From Macrostomum lignano (Eukaryota), in contig NIVC01002213.1 of NCBI GenBank assembly GCA_002269645.1, forward strand, positions 1 through 64,000: a DNA stretch of 64,000 nucleotides. The letters are read 5' to 3'. Of the stretch, positions 22,984 through 34,839 are shown in pieces. The first letter of the stretch is position 1. Each line of letters begins with the position of its first letter. The position numbers and the translations under genes are program-made. The notes under the pieces are model-generated. The model did not search any database. It saw only the letters and a list, made by a program, of their open reading frames with translations, and was not told the DNA's origin.

Positions 22984-25900
22984 TTGGTGCTAAGTTGCGC
23001 CAGCTCGCATTATAAATAATGATCTAATGAATAGAAGAAACCCAGTGAGACGCCAGCATAACGCTCAAGATGAAGTGCCGCCTTCCTTTGCTGCTTCTGT
23101 CGACGCTGCTGTTGACGTTCGCGCCGCTGTCGACCCTAAGCATCGACCTGGACGAGTACGTCGAGCCTGACATTCCGGACTACGGCGATGAGGACATCGA
23201 TGAAGACGAAAGGTTCCTGGTCAAGACCAGCGTCTGCTACGGAGATCTGGGCTGCTTCAGCATCAAGGGAAAGTACTTCAACCTGCTGCACCGCCCCGTG
23301 GTTGTCGTGCCGCAGTCGCCAGAAGTGATCGGCACGAAGTTCCTGCTGTTCACCCGTCGGAATCCGGCCAGCCCGGCCGAGCTGCACTACAAAAACGCCA
23401 AATCCGTGCTGCGCTCCCGCTTCAGCAACAGGCGGCCGACCAAGCTGGTCATCCACGGCTTCCTGGGCAAGGGCGTCATGGGCTGGATGAACCGCATCAG
23501 GCAGGCTATGCTGAAGCGGGTGGACTGCAATTTGATTCAGGTGCGATTCGCTGCTGTCAGTTGCATAATCCATGCCTCTAGTTACAAGATTCAGATGTCT
23601 GTTTACACCATCGAGAGGTTTAACGCGTGGTGAAGACAATGAATTTCAAGGCAAATATGTAATGGTATTCAATCAGTGGAAGCTCTACAGCGCCGCTCTT
23701 CCTGCCTCTCAGGTGGGCTGGGCCGGCGGATCCGTCACGCTGTACAACCAGGCCACGTCCAACACTCGGGTGGTTGGCGCGGTTGTTGCCCGGATGCTTC
23801 GCTGGCTGCACAGCCGCTTCGGCGTTGACCTGGACAATGTCCACGTCATCGGCTTCAGCCTGGGTGGCCACATCGCCGGCTACGTTGGCCGCCGCCTGCG
23901 GGAGAGGGGCACCCCGCTGGGCCGCATCACCGGCCTGGACCCGGCTGGGCCGTACTTCGAGGGCACGGACCCGGTGGTGCGCCTGGATCCCACCGACGCC
24001 AAGTTTGTCGACGCCATTCACACGGACGGCGCGCTGTGGCGGGTCGGCCTGCCACTGCTCAACGTGAGTGCTTGGCGGGATCGCCACTCCAGATTTGTCC
24101 CTTGGTTCCGTTTGTCTGTGCCAGTTTTCCGGGCAGAGCAGCTCAGCAGTAAACGGGTTCGACTCTCACGCCACGATTTCGGGCTCAATTCCGTGCGCAA
24201 ACACATTCATTTGGGATTTGCGGCTTGCGCGGCTTGTCGTGCGATTCACATCCGTGAGGCCTGAGGGCCAACCCCTAAGCCATAGAAAGTGTACATGTCT
24301 GCCGATTAAAAAGTCAAGGCCGCTGTACACCCTGCGTGAGCGCGTGCCTGCGCACAGTACAGTATTGGCTCAGGAGTCAGCAGAATGGGCAGAATTGCCT
24401 CACCGCTGATTGTGAGACGATGTCGCTGAAGGCGTTGCGCCAGGATGGCCGCAGCCGTCTTGTGATTTTTATGATGTCGCAGTTTGCAAACTTGTAGTTC
24501 AGATGGGGCGGTTTCAGCTCCCAGTCTCAGATTCTTCAGCCTAAAACTCGACGAATCGGTTGCCCATCCGACACTGCAGGGCGGCTTCGGCATCCAGTCT
24601 CCAGTGGGTCACGTGGATTTTTTTGTCAACGGCGGCCGCCACCAGCCCGGCTGCTCCTCGCTGGGCGCCTGCGATCACAGCCGGGCCCCGCAGCTGTACA
24701 TAGACACCCTGAAGACCGCGAAATCGAAAGCGTTCTCGGCTTTCCCCTGCGACAACTACGACAAGTTCATGGCTGGCGACTGCGGCTCCCACTGTCCCAG
24801 CGGCGGCTGCCCGGTCATGGGCCTGGACGCGGAAAAGTACAAGGCCCGGTTGACCGGCTCCCGGCTGCCCCATCGCTACTACCTGCTGACGGGTCCCTGC
24901 GCCCCGTACTCGGTGGTGCACTATCACGTGACCCTGCGCCTGTCCTCCAAGTCGCCGTCGGGCCGAACCGGCGGCCTGAAGGTTCAGCTGAGCTCTGGCG
25001 GCAAGCAGTGCGGCCCAGTTAAACTCGCTGTCGATGAGCGCAGGCTGAGTCCCGGCTCCCGGCAGCGCGGCGTCTTCGGCTGCACTGGCTGGTGGAGCCT
25101 CGCCGCCTCGGCGCCTGCCAAGCTGGAGGTCAGCTGGACTGACGAGTCCACGTTCGGCTCGTGGTTCGGCTACCGGATCAAGTTGGACTCGGCTGTGCTC
25201 ACCGAGATGGTGTCGGGCCGCGCTCACCGGTACTGCGGCTACGGCAGCTTCAAGGGCGGCGACTGGGTCTCCGGCCGGCGCTGCTGACCGAGGCTTGCTG
25301 CGGGGTCCAGCAGTCTGCATGCAGTGCGTAGTGTATAGAGATCTCCTGTGTCAGCTGGGTGTCCAATAGTGTCACCTGAGTGTCAATAGTGGCACCTGAG
25401 TGTCAATAGTGTCACCTGAGTGTCAATACTGTCCGCTGGGTGTCAATACTGTCAGCTGGGTGTCAATAATGTCAGCTGGGGTGTCAATAATGTCAGCTGG
25501 GTGTCAATAGTGTCAGCTGGGTGTCAATAATGTCAGCTGGGTGTCAATAGTGTCAGCTGGGTGTCAATAATGTCAGCTGGGTGTCAATAATGTCAGCTGG
25601 GTGTCAATAATGTCAGCTGGGTGTCAATAATGTCAACTGGGTGTCAATGTCAGCTGGGTGTCAATAGTGTCAGCTGGGGTGTCAATAATGTCAGCTGGGT
25701 GTCAACAGTGTCAGCTGGGTGTCAATAATGTCAGCTGGGTGTCAATACTGTCAGCTGGGTGTCAATACTGTCAGCTGGGTGTCAATAGTGTCAGCTGGGT
25801 GTCAATAATGTCAGCTGGGTGTCAATACTGTCAGCTGGGGTGTCCAATAGTGTCACCTGAGTGTCAATACTGTCCGCTGGGTGTCAATAATGTCAGCTGG

Positions 25901-27577
25901 GTGTCAATACTGTCCACTGGGTGTCAATACTGTCAGCTGGGGTGTCCAATAGTGTCACCTGAGTGTCAATACTGTCCGCTGGGTGTCAATAATGTCAGCT
26001 GGGTGTCAATAGTGTCAGCTGGGTGTCAATAATGTCAGCTGGGTGTCAATAGTGTCAGCTGGGTATCAATAGTGTCAGCTGGGTGTCAATACTGTCCGCT
26101 GGGTGTCAATAATGTCAGCTGGGTGTCAATAGTGTCAGCTGGGTGTCAATAATGTCAGCTGGGTGTCAATACTGTCAGCTGGGGTGTCAATAATGTCAGC
26201 TGGGTGTCAATAATGTCAACTGGGTGTCAATGTCAGCTGGGTGTCAATAGTGTCAGCTGGGGTGTCAATAATGTCAGCTGGGTGTCAACAGTGTCAGCTG
26301 GGTGTCAATAATGTCAGCTGGGTGTCAATACTGTCAGCTGGGTGTCAATACTGTCAGCTGGGTGTCAATAGTGTCAGCTGGGTGTCAATAGTGTCAGCTG
26401 GGTGTCAATAATGTCAGCTGGGTGTCAATACTGTCAGCTGGGTATCAATAGTGTCAGCTGGGGTGTCAATTTATACACAAGTGTCAGCTGGGTTATACAA
26501 GTGTCAGTTGAAGTTCCATACAAACAAGAAGTTGCCCACTGTGGTCTCAATGTCAGCTTCGTTCAACAGCTGTTCCAAGCGGCAGCAAAGCCGGGAGTTT
26601 TGATACCTGCTGACTAATTGAACTGCTGACTGCTCTGATTCCTATAAAACAAATTTTGTTGCAGTTTGAATTCTTTGGTTATTCACAAATCGCTGATCCA
26701 ACAAACCAATTTCTACGAGTATTCTTGCGAGCCTAGGGTTTTGTGTCACGAACCTGCTTAGCACTAATTTATTAACCTATCGATCAATATTCTAACCCGC
26801 AGTTCGGTATTTCACGAAGTAACTTTTACTCAAAATAAATCGCATATTTTTCTTTAAATTAATCCGACTTCGACTTCCTACATTTACTTTGTACATATAT
26901 TTACATAGACTTGTAAAATAGAACTTTCATGCCAGTAATTCGCTTGATACCCTACTGTTGTCAGTAGGCACAGTGGGAAGTGCAATCAGAGTGGAGCTTT
27001 CTGATTGCAGTGCTGAGGTCTGGACAAAGCTGACTGGCTTGAATTTCAGTCCAACCTCAGGCTCAGATTTAACCTCAAGGTTGGACAATGGCGTCAGCCC
27101 ATGAAAATTTATTTGTGTACTTTGTTTCAATTTTAAGTTTTGCTTTTTCATTTGCAAATCATGAGTTTATGGCAGCCGTAACTTTGAAGTCTTCAGTTTT
27201 TAGCATTTGCTATTGCTGCAAATTTGCAACTATGCAAGTTGAATAAGTTCCAAACTCATCGCTCTTCTTCTAAAAGAAGACTCCATCTGTCGCCCGCAGG
27301 CAAGCAGCGCCGCCTGAAGCAGGCCAAGCAGGAGGCTGCCGCCGAGATCGAGGCCTTCAAGCTGGAGCGGGAGCGCGAGTTCAAGGCGCACGAGGCGCGC
27401 ATCCTGGGCTCACGCACCGACTCGGAGAAGCTGGTGCAGGAGGAGACCCGGCAGCGCCTGAGCGAGCTGAGCGGCAGCGTGCGCCAGAACAAGGAGCAGG
27501 CGATCCGCCGGCTGCTCACTCTGCTGTTCGATGTGCAGCCCCGCTTGCACGAGAATTTCTCGCGCGGCAAGATGTGA
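19282..27577 (+). CDS. ATP6V1G: V-type proton ATPase subunit G, 119 aa, 2 coding exons
   Basis: Exon 1 19282-19363 (MNTQTGGIQQLLQAEKKAREKIEEARK-G|gtaaat) joins exon 2 27300-27577 (cgcag|GKQRRLKQAKQEAAAEIEAFKLEREREFK...DVQPRLHENF) in phase 1; 360 nt total. Classic subunit G signature. Confidence 0.95.
22000..22622. repeat. Minisatellite, ~29-31 bp unit (GAGTTGCTGAGATGTCAAGGCTCATGGGGG), about 20 copies
   Basis: Tandem units in the V-ATPase G intron, upstream of the lipase gene. Confidence 0.95.
22949..23047 (+). promoter_or_regulatory. Putative core promoter of the nested lipase gene: (CT)n tract, TATA box, Inr-like site
   Basis: (CT)n at about 22949-22980; TATAAATA at 23011-23018; CCAGT about 30 nt downstream; ATG at 23070. 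Confidence 0.45.
23070..25287 (+). CDS. Secreted pancreatic lipase-related protein (lipase plus PLAT domain, mini-lid), about 509 aa, 3 exons, nested in the V-ATPase G intron
   Basis: Exons 23070-23540, 23713-24063, 24580-25287, all phase 0. Signal peptide, CYGDLGCF, VIHGF, nucleophile GFSLG, LDPAGPYF, IHTD, GHVDFFVNGG..QPGC..CDHSR, and a C-terminal beta-rich PLAT-like domain. Confidence 0.95.
25348..26490. repeat. Minisatellite, 20-bp unit (GTGTCAATAATGTCAGCTGG), about 55 copies, with higher-order structure
   Basis: Exact 20-bp periodicity visible at 25561-25620. Starts about 60 nt after the lipase stop codon. Confidence 0.96.
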
Positions 27578-28281
27578 CTGCGTCGCCATTGGCAACGAGA
27601 CGTTGCATGGGTTTACTAAGTTTATTACCGTTTATTAGTTTATTACCCAGTTTATTACCGAGGCGTTGATAGTATTCCGAAGATGTTTAGGATCCCCGCA
27701 GTCAGCCCATTCCGCTGAGCAGGCGCCGCTCGCACAGGTGTACAGCTTTGCTGGCCTGATTGCCAATGTCAAAGCTTGTATTCCTGCACACTCTGGGCCT
27801 TCCAGTTGGCACTGTCCATGTGTGGACCCCAAACAATCGAGGCCATTTTACCCCAGAACCGAGCTTGGGAACTCTGGTTATCACTAAGTCATTGCTTGCC
27901 CTTTATCAGTTCTGACTTTTAAAAGTTTGAGTCTTTTGTTGAATTTGTAACTCTGTGCAATAAGGCGCTTTATGAATGCTTGAATGATAGATAACTATAG
28001 AATGATAGTTTGATTAGCTAAATTTAGTTATTTAGATTTGAATATCTGGTTGAGTGTCAATCATTTTTAATGGTCATTCGATCAGCTATAGTCTCGCAGT
28101 CCTACAGCTCAGTAGCTCTATTGATATTCCCTACCCGATATTTTTAGCAACGACTGCAGATAGTTACTGCAGTGTTGTTGCTTCTGTTCATTCTATAAGC
28201 AAGTCTTGCAATTTGTTATAAAAATATTTACCTAGTCAAACTTTTTTAGTTTTTTCTTTCTATCTCTTATTCCGCACATTA

Positions 28282-29592
28282 CGAGGGTCACTCAGAAAGT
28301 TCTTAGCTTGAACACGAAAACAGCAACAAATGAACTAAAAAAAGACTACAAGTGCTCAAAATACTCTCCACCGGCATTGATACAGGCTTGCATCCTGTGA
28401 AACCAGCTGTCGAAGCACTGCCGCCAATCCTCATCCCGGAGCTCCTCGATGATGTTTTTAAACTCATTCACAGCTTCTTCCGGTGAAGAAAAGACCTGGC
28501 CCTTCAGAATCTCCTTGCACTTCGGAAACAGAAAAAAGTCGCACGGTGCCAGGTCTGGACTGTAAGCAGGGTGAGTCATCAGCTGGACCCCACAGTCAGC
28601 CAGAAACTCCAGAGTTTGAGCCGCCGTGTGCGCGCTGGCGTTGTCGTGGTGCAGAAGCACCCCACGCATTCCGCACCTTGGGCGCCTCTGGCTCACAGCA
28701 GAAAAGACCTTGGGCAGGCAAACCGTTGTGTACCAGTCAGCGGTGACTGTCTGGCGATCTTCAAGTGAAACGGAAGCCACATGCCCAGTGCGCATGAAGA
28801 AACAGGCCACCATCTGCTTGCCGACACTCCGGCTGCGTCGAAACTTGGTGGGGCTGTCCTCGTCTCCAAAGGTCCACATGGCTGACTGGCGCTTGCTTTC
28901 GGGGTCGTATTGATAAATCCAGGTCTCATCGCCCGTGAGGATGTCCCAGATACGCCGGCTGGTCCCGGATTCGAATTTCTGCAGCATGAATCGGCACCAA
29001 GCCACCCTGGTGTCCTTCTGCACGTCAGACAGCTGATGGGGGATCCACCTGGAAGCCAGCTTCCGCACTCCAAGGTGTTCGTGCAGAATGGCGTGCACAC
29101 TCCCCGATCCAATACCGATCTCCTGCTGGATCTGCTGGTAGGTCACTCGCCGGTCAGCGGCAATCATGCTGGACACAGCGCAGATATTTTCTGGAGTCAC
29201 TGCGTCACAGGGTCTCCCGGATCGATGTTCATCTTCGAGGCTTTCTCGACCTCGGCGAAACTCAGCGAACCAGTTTTTGACGGTTGCGTATGAAGGACAT
29301 ACATGGGTGAAAACGTTCTGTAAAGTTTGATACGATTCGGCCGGCGACTTGCCTTGCTTGAAGTGCAGGTACATCATTGCTCTGAAGTCGCGATTTTCCA
29401 GCTTCATTGTTGAATTGAAGAACTCAGGGGGGTGAACTGACTTTAACTCGCTGCAGTGGACTCAAAAGTGGCTGCTTCTGTTTGAAATTTTTGCTGCGAT
29501 ACTTTTAAAAGTTGGTCTTTACCATAGACAAATTTCATGCTTCTACGTCTCGTGGATCCTACTCAGGCTAAAGACTTTCTGAGTGACCCTCG
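28282..29592 (-). mobile_element. Full-length mariner transposon, 1311 bp, TA target duplication
   Basis: TA|CGAGGGTCACTCAGAAAGT ... ACTTTCTGAGTGACCCTCG|TA: 19-bp perfect TIR, extending to about 26 bp with 2 mismatches. Contains an intact transposase ORF. Confidence 0.97.
28346..29407 (-). CDS. Mariner transposase, DD34D, 353 aa, uninterrupted
   Basis: Two N-terminal HTH regions, WIPHQL (WVPHEL-like), TGDETW, HHDNASAH and YSPDLAPCDF. I counted 34 residues between the second and third catalytic Asp. Confidence 0.97.
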   Translation of the reverse strand: MKLENRDFRAMMYLHFKQGKSPAESYQTLQNVFTHVCPSYATVKNWFAEFRRGRESLEDEHRSGRPCDAVTPENICAVSSMIAADRRVTYQQIQQEIGIGSGSVHAILHEHLGVRKLASRWIPHQLSDVQKDTRVAWCRFMLQKFESGTSRRIWDILTGDETWIYQYDPESKRQSAMWTFGDEDSPTKFRRSRSVGKQMVACFFMRTGHVASVSLEDRQTVTADWYTTVCLPKVFSAVSQRRPRCGMRGVLLHHDNASAHTAAQTLEFLADCGVQLMTHPAYSPDLAPCDFFLFPKCKEILKGQVFSSPEEAVNEFKNIIEELRDEDWRQCFDSWFHRMQACINAGGEYFEHL

Positions 29593-31914
29593 TATAGCAA
29601 AAATAATTAGTTGCAGAATTATTTGGCTGTTTTAATTGCTGCATTATTTTAGTATTTAGCATTACTTTTTCTGGACCTATTTAAATTTTATAAATCAGCA
29701 CCCTACTCTTGTTTAAGTACTCGTATCTACCTAGCAATCTCGCCTCCTTATTCAGTGTTGTGGCCATTAGCTAGGTTAAGTCTAATGAGAATCACGACAC
29801 GGATACTGTTAATTATGTTCACAACAATTAAGTAAAAATTAAATATACTGTTTTATTAGTCTATTACAGCTACGTTGCTGTTCACGTTGTTGCATTCCAA
29901 AATATGTTTTCAGCTTCAGTTTAATCCCATTTAATTCATCCCTATACTGCATATGAAAATCTGTAAATTTGCATGTACATGTACGCATATAGTAAAATAT
30001 AATTAGTTTTAATCTCATCTCTCTCTACCTGTCTACCTAGAATCTACCTGGCTTCTTTCTTAGCCGATTATACGAATATACGAATTAAACTTTAATCCTC
30101 TTTCTAGTGCTGCACGCCTAGCCTAGTAGTACGTCGAGCTTTCCTGCTCTAGCTGTATTGCTTACGCTTAGACACTTGTAAAGGAAGACTAATGCAATTC
30201 GGAAGTCGAAAAAAAGCTGGAAAGTTTGAAAAAATTCTCTACGCGATTTCTATTTGCAGCAAAGTAAATGGGGAGGGGGTTATAAAATTGGTCGATATTG
30301 AATAAACCAACCTACCATGCACCAAGGACTACAAGACTTAAAGGACGCAACACTTAAAAATCGTGCAAGTGGTCCAATTGCGTGCACATGAAAAACAAAC
30401 TAAGAAATCGTCCAATTCCTTAGCTAAAATGTGTCTTACCAAAATACTAAATTCGAAATATATATTCTAGTACTACCAACTAGCATAAAAGGATATATGG
30501 GCATATGAAAATATAGAAGGTAAACTTAAGTGAAGTAAAAAGATGTTATGCACTATTGCTTGCATTACATTGGTGCGTAACAAAGTGCCAAGGCAAGATG
30601 ACGAATTTGCCAGAATTATGAACAGATAAAAATCGTACACTTGTATTTAGTTTTATATAAGTATATCAGCTCAGCGTCCGCTTTTTTGAAATGATCTTGG
30701 AGGCTGGAGCATGGCAAATAATTGCTCGTATGCGGCCTCGAAAATTTTTTGTTCAAAAAGTATAACAAACTGTACAGTTCTGTACAGCTTAAAATTTAAA
30801 CAAAAACAGCGTCTGTCAATTAAATTGTAATAAAAACACAATCTAATGTAAATATATGTTGCCAAAAAAATTAAAAAAAATTGTATCCTATTGGCTTTTC
30901 GTTTCCTGGAAAAAATACAAAACGCATACCAGTCAGTCTTGCAATGATGAGTTTTGTAATTTTGGGAGGCTGTTTGCTTTTTGCTTTCTACAAGAATGCT
31001 CATTTTTTTGTCATTTCATCAATTTAGTTAATTTTGTATTCACTAAGGCAAGATTACTGCAAACCTTCCATACAATACTCATTTGTCGTTGTATTTCCTC
31101 AACGTCAACAATTTTTCGGTGGTGTACTAAGATAATTGAGTTACCTGGCTGCTTGAGTTTGAAATTTTACTGCATGCTGCATCTGCCCTTCTGCCCAATA
31201 TACGCCAAAGGATTTATATCGTATACAAAGAATGTACCAAGACAGAAACAAAAAATGGCAAACTATATTTTAGGCTTGTTTATAATATATAAACTTTGCA
31301 AAAATAGTAGGCCAAAATATTAAAAGTAGTAAATATTTAACTGAACCATGAAGAACTAGTTAATTTTAGCTAGGATATCCAAAAAAAGGTTTGAATATTA
31401 AGCCTAGGCCCTAATCCAAGTATCCAAATATGACTTCTAACCAAATTCAAATAGAAAAGCAAAATAAAAATGTCTTAATAATAGTTTTCTTGGGTGTAGG
31501 TCACATGAGCGAAAAGACATTTTGGCAAAAGTCATACCATGGAGCACAATGCTTCAATGTAAATTTAATCTAATAACAATTAGAGACCTATGAATATTAA
31601 TTTATTAAAAGTTTTCTTTTTATAGGGCTAGCTCTTACATGTTTCTGAGATAGGGTTGTAGTTGCAAAGGGCAAAGGCCCTATACTATATGCAATGATCC
31701 AATAGGGTTGCAAATATATTTGTCTTTGCACATTTTTAAGATTATACATTTGTATATTTATACATTTGACAAAGACATGCTTTTGTTTGAATAATTTTGA
31801 ACTTTTGAAAAATTTGCCCTAAAAATTGTTTCAATTATGACAATTATTTAGAAAAAGGCCATATATGTGTTTCAATTTTTGCTCTATATATTGTCAATGA
31901 TATAGGCATAAAAA

Positions 31915-32440
31915 ATAGGTATAGGAATGTTTCAAAAACTAGAAGGCCAGGTTCAGTGATAGATTTAGAGGGGGGGACACATAGAGTGCACACCTCTATT
32001 GAGTTAGATTTTTCATATGAAAAATGCACAATTATCATGTACTATTATTTTCAAAATCCAGCTTGTCAGCACTCATTTTATCAAGTGCCACAGCCTGTAG
32101 GCACTCATTTTAATGCTATAGGGCCAAGCCCGCATTTTAGTGTCATATGCACTCATTTTGGTGCTATAGGCACTCATTTTAGTGCCACAAGCACTTATTT
32201 TGGTGCCATAGGCACTCATTTTAGCGCTGCAAGCACTCATTTTGGCACCACAGGCACTCATTTTGGTGCTATAGGTGCTATGTTTTGTCGCCATTCATGC
32301 AAAGAAGAAAAAACTAAAAATAAGCAAGAAGTCTATATTTTACATTTAAAATGTGGAGGGGCCAGATACTATTATTGGCCTCCCATTTTAAAACATGGGG
32401 GCCTTGGCCCCACTGCCCCTTCCCTCATTCCTACGCCTAT
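31915..32440. mobile_element. Non-autonomous TIR element, about 526 bp, with an internal 21-bp tandem repeat
   Basis: TIRs ATAGGTATAGGAATG / CATTCCTACGCCTAT (13/15). Flanked by GCATAAAAA at 31906-31914 and 32441-32449. Internal GCACTCATTTTGGTGCTATAG-like units at about 32100-32275. Confidence 0.7.
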
Positions 32441-33259
32441 GCATAAAAATAATTTGGGATCTGCAACTGCAAGAACAAAATTTGTTTCCTATCTATAATG
32501 ACTTTTATAATTATTAATGTTGCACATTAGCAACCCTTTTGTGAAATAATTAACATTATCCAGAAACTCCTAAGTTGCCTATTGCAATGCAAGAAGCAGT
32601 AGTTCTTATACTATATCAGAATATAAAATAAAAAAATCACATTCTAATGCTGAATGATATGCAGAGGCTTATAAAAATGCATGGATTCAAGGCAATTGAT
32701 ATATGCAGAGATAACATAACATAGCTCGCAATAGTGTATAAATTTGGATTCTTCATAAAAACACATAGCTGCATAATATAGTGAAGCATAAAGCCTGAGT
32801 TCAAAACTCTGGAATAAAACAAGTCATTTGATTGATCATTTTCCTTTTACAAAATAACTTGAATTGGCTAGCCTTGAGTTGGTACATTTTAGCTAGTTCA
32901 GTTTTTCTCAGCCTTGTCAAGGTCCTAGTCAACATTAGAAATAAGCATATTCTCATCCTCATCTTCATCCAAGGCAATAAACTTGTTTAGACATGCTATT
33001 GATGGCACTAGCTCTTAACAGCTTTCTAAAATATTGAAAAACTATCAAATTAAAAAATCAAAACCAAGTAGTACAAAGAGCATCAAAGTCAACTTAATTT
33101 TATCTTCACAAAATTATCTAGGTAATATATCTAGGTGTATATCTTTGGCTAAGAAGTCACTGTGGTGTGGTTCTTTAAATCTTTACCCACTTTTGGGTAG
33201 TGACTAGCAATTAGAGCCCCCCGTTGGGGAGCCTAAAAATGCAGTACAAGTTGTTTTAA

Positions 33260-33500
33260 TAAACTACATGTAGCATCTCTGCATTTTACCCCAGCAGTCC
33301 CTTGTAAGCCTTGACATGTCAGCAATTCCCCCCACAAGCCTTAACTGGCTTAACATATCAACTCCCCCCTTGACATCTTAGCAATGCCCCCATAAGCCTT
33401 GAAATCTTAAAAAAATTGTTTACTTTCTAACCCTAGCCTAACCCTAACCCTAAAGCATTGAAATTTCAGTAATTCTCTCTAAGAGTCATTATAGCACATA
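33260..33500 (-). repeat. Degenerate inverted copy of the 22000-22622 minisatellite family plus a short (CCCTAA)n telomere-like stretch
   Basis: AGCCTTGACATGTCAGCAATTCCCCC and CCTTGACATCTTAGCAATGCCCCCATAAGCCTTG match the reverse complement of the 22-kb unit. CTAACCCTAGCCTAACCCTAACCCTAA lies at about 33427-33453. Confidence 0.6.
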
Positions 33501-34839
33501 TAGCATGGAACATATAAAAAACACTGCAAGAGTAATTTAGTTATTGTTTGAGACTTTGTATATTAAGTTTTAGAATGTTGAGGCCTACTTTCTAGATTTT
33601 CATATTGGTCTTTATCTGTCATTTTCTACCATGTTTAATAATTTTATAAATTGTTATTTCAAATCCTGATCAGAAGTATTTCTAAACAAAATTTCTATCA
33701 GTGCTACATCATGTCACACTTTTTCATTCTTTTGTCTCATGTGTTGTGCATTGGGCAACTTTTTGCATCTGTGTTATATATGTGCAAGTTTTTGAAACTT
33801 ACTCCAATAGGCAATGTATGCAGATTTGATATAATTACTACCTGTTGCACCTATAAAAAGATTCAAAATTTTTAATAGACATTAATTTTTTTGTTTTATT
33901 TCTACTTTTTTAGTTGTATAGGCATGTGCATCCCCTATGCACATGTGTCTTGAGCTACCAAAAAGAATCTGTCATCTGCTGAATGTCTACAGCTGCAGCC
34001 GTCTATGGCCAGCACAAGTGGCACCCTGCCACTCACTCTGAGAAAATCCACTGTGGCTGCAGAGCAGCCATCAAAGAAACAGCACATTTTTTACATGCAT
34101 AAGCTCATTAGGTTAAATCCATGGCTATCTGCAGCTATTGGGTTTTCTATTGGGAGCCCTCTAGCTAATTATTGTAGTAAACAAAAACACTTGGATTTTA
34201 ATTTAATGGTTTAATATACAATAGAAATGCGAAAAAAAGAAATCACATTATATAGTTTGTAAGTGATTGTTGCAATCAGTGTCTATTATAAAATTTCAAT
34301 ATAGTCTAATCTGCGGTTGCTTACTTTTGGAGGGGGGTGCTTGCTATCTTGAGGGATGCTTGCTGTCTTGGGAATATTTTCTATTTAGGGGGAATGTCTG
34401 TTATCTTTGTGAAAGCTATATTTTGTTGTCTGTTTGTTAATTTTAGAAAAAAAAGAGATTCATAACAAATATCATTGTCCGTGACAATTTTATATGAATG
34501 AGGTGATTTTTAAAAGTGAAGAAGGAATTGGTGTTTAAGAAAATGTGCTTTTTTAATTGTTTTTCCATGAACTATTTTTGCCCCTTGCTTATTGGTCGTC
34601 CCGAAGGGGGGCAGCACTAGATTGCTAGTACAGTCTAAAACTGCCAGGTTGAGTTTTAGCAAAGATTATCAATGGACAATCTTTAAAAGTAAATAGCTTA
34701 CTTAATTGACTTGGGTTGGCTGAATAATTATGTTGTCTATGAATTTAAAACAAATATTGTCACCTTTTGATAAGAAAGTAATTAATAAACTTATAGGGCA
34801 AATCTTTTTTCTTCACCTGGACTCACACCCGCAGCCACA

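Noticed and set aside
30671-31190. Possible small minus-strand exons in the AT-rich block
   Set aside because: Splice-like sites exist, but I could not join them into a phase-consistent ORF with plausible intron sizes.
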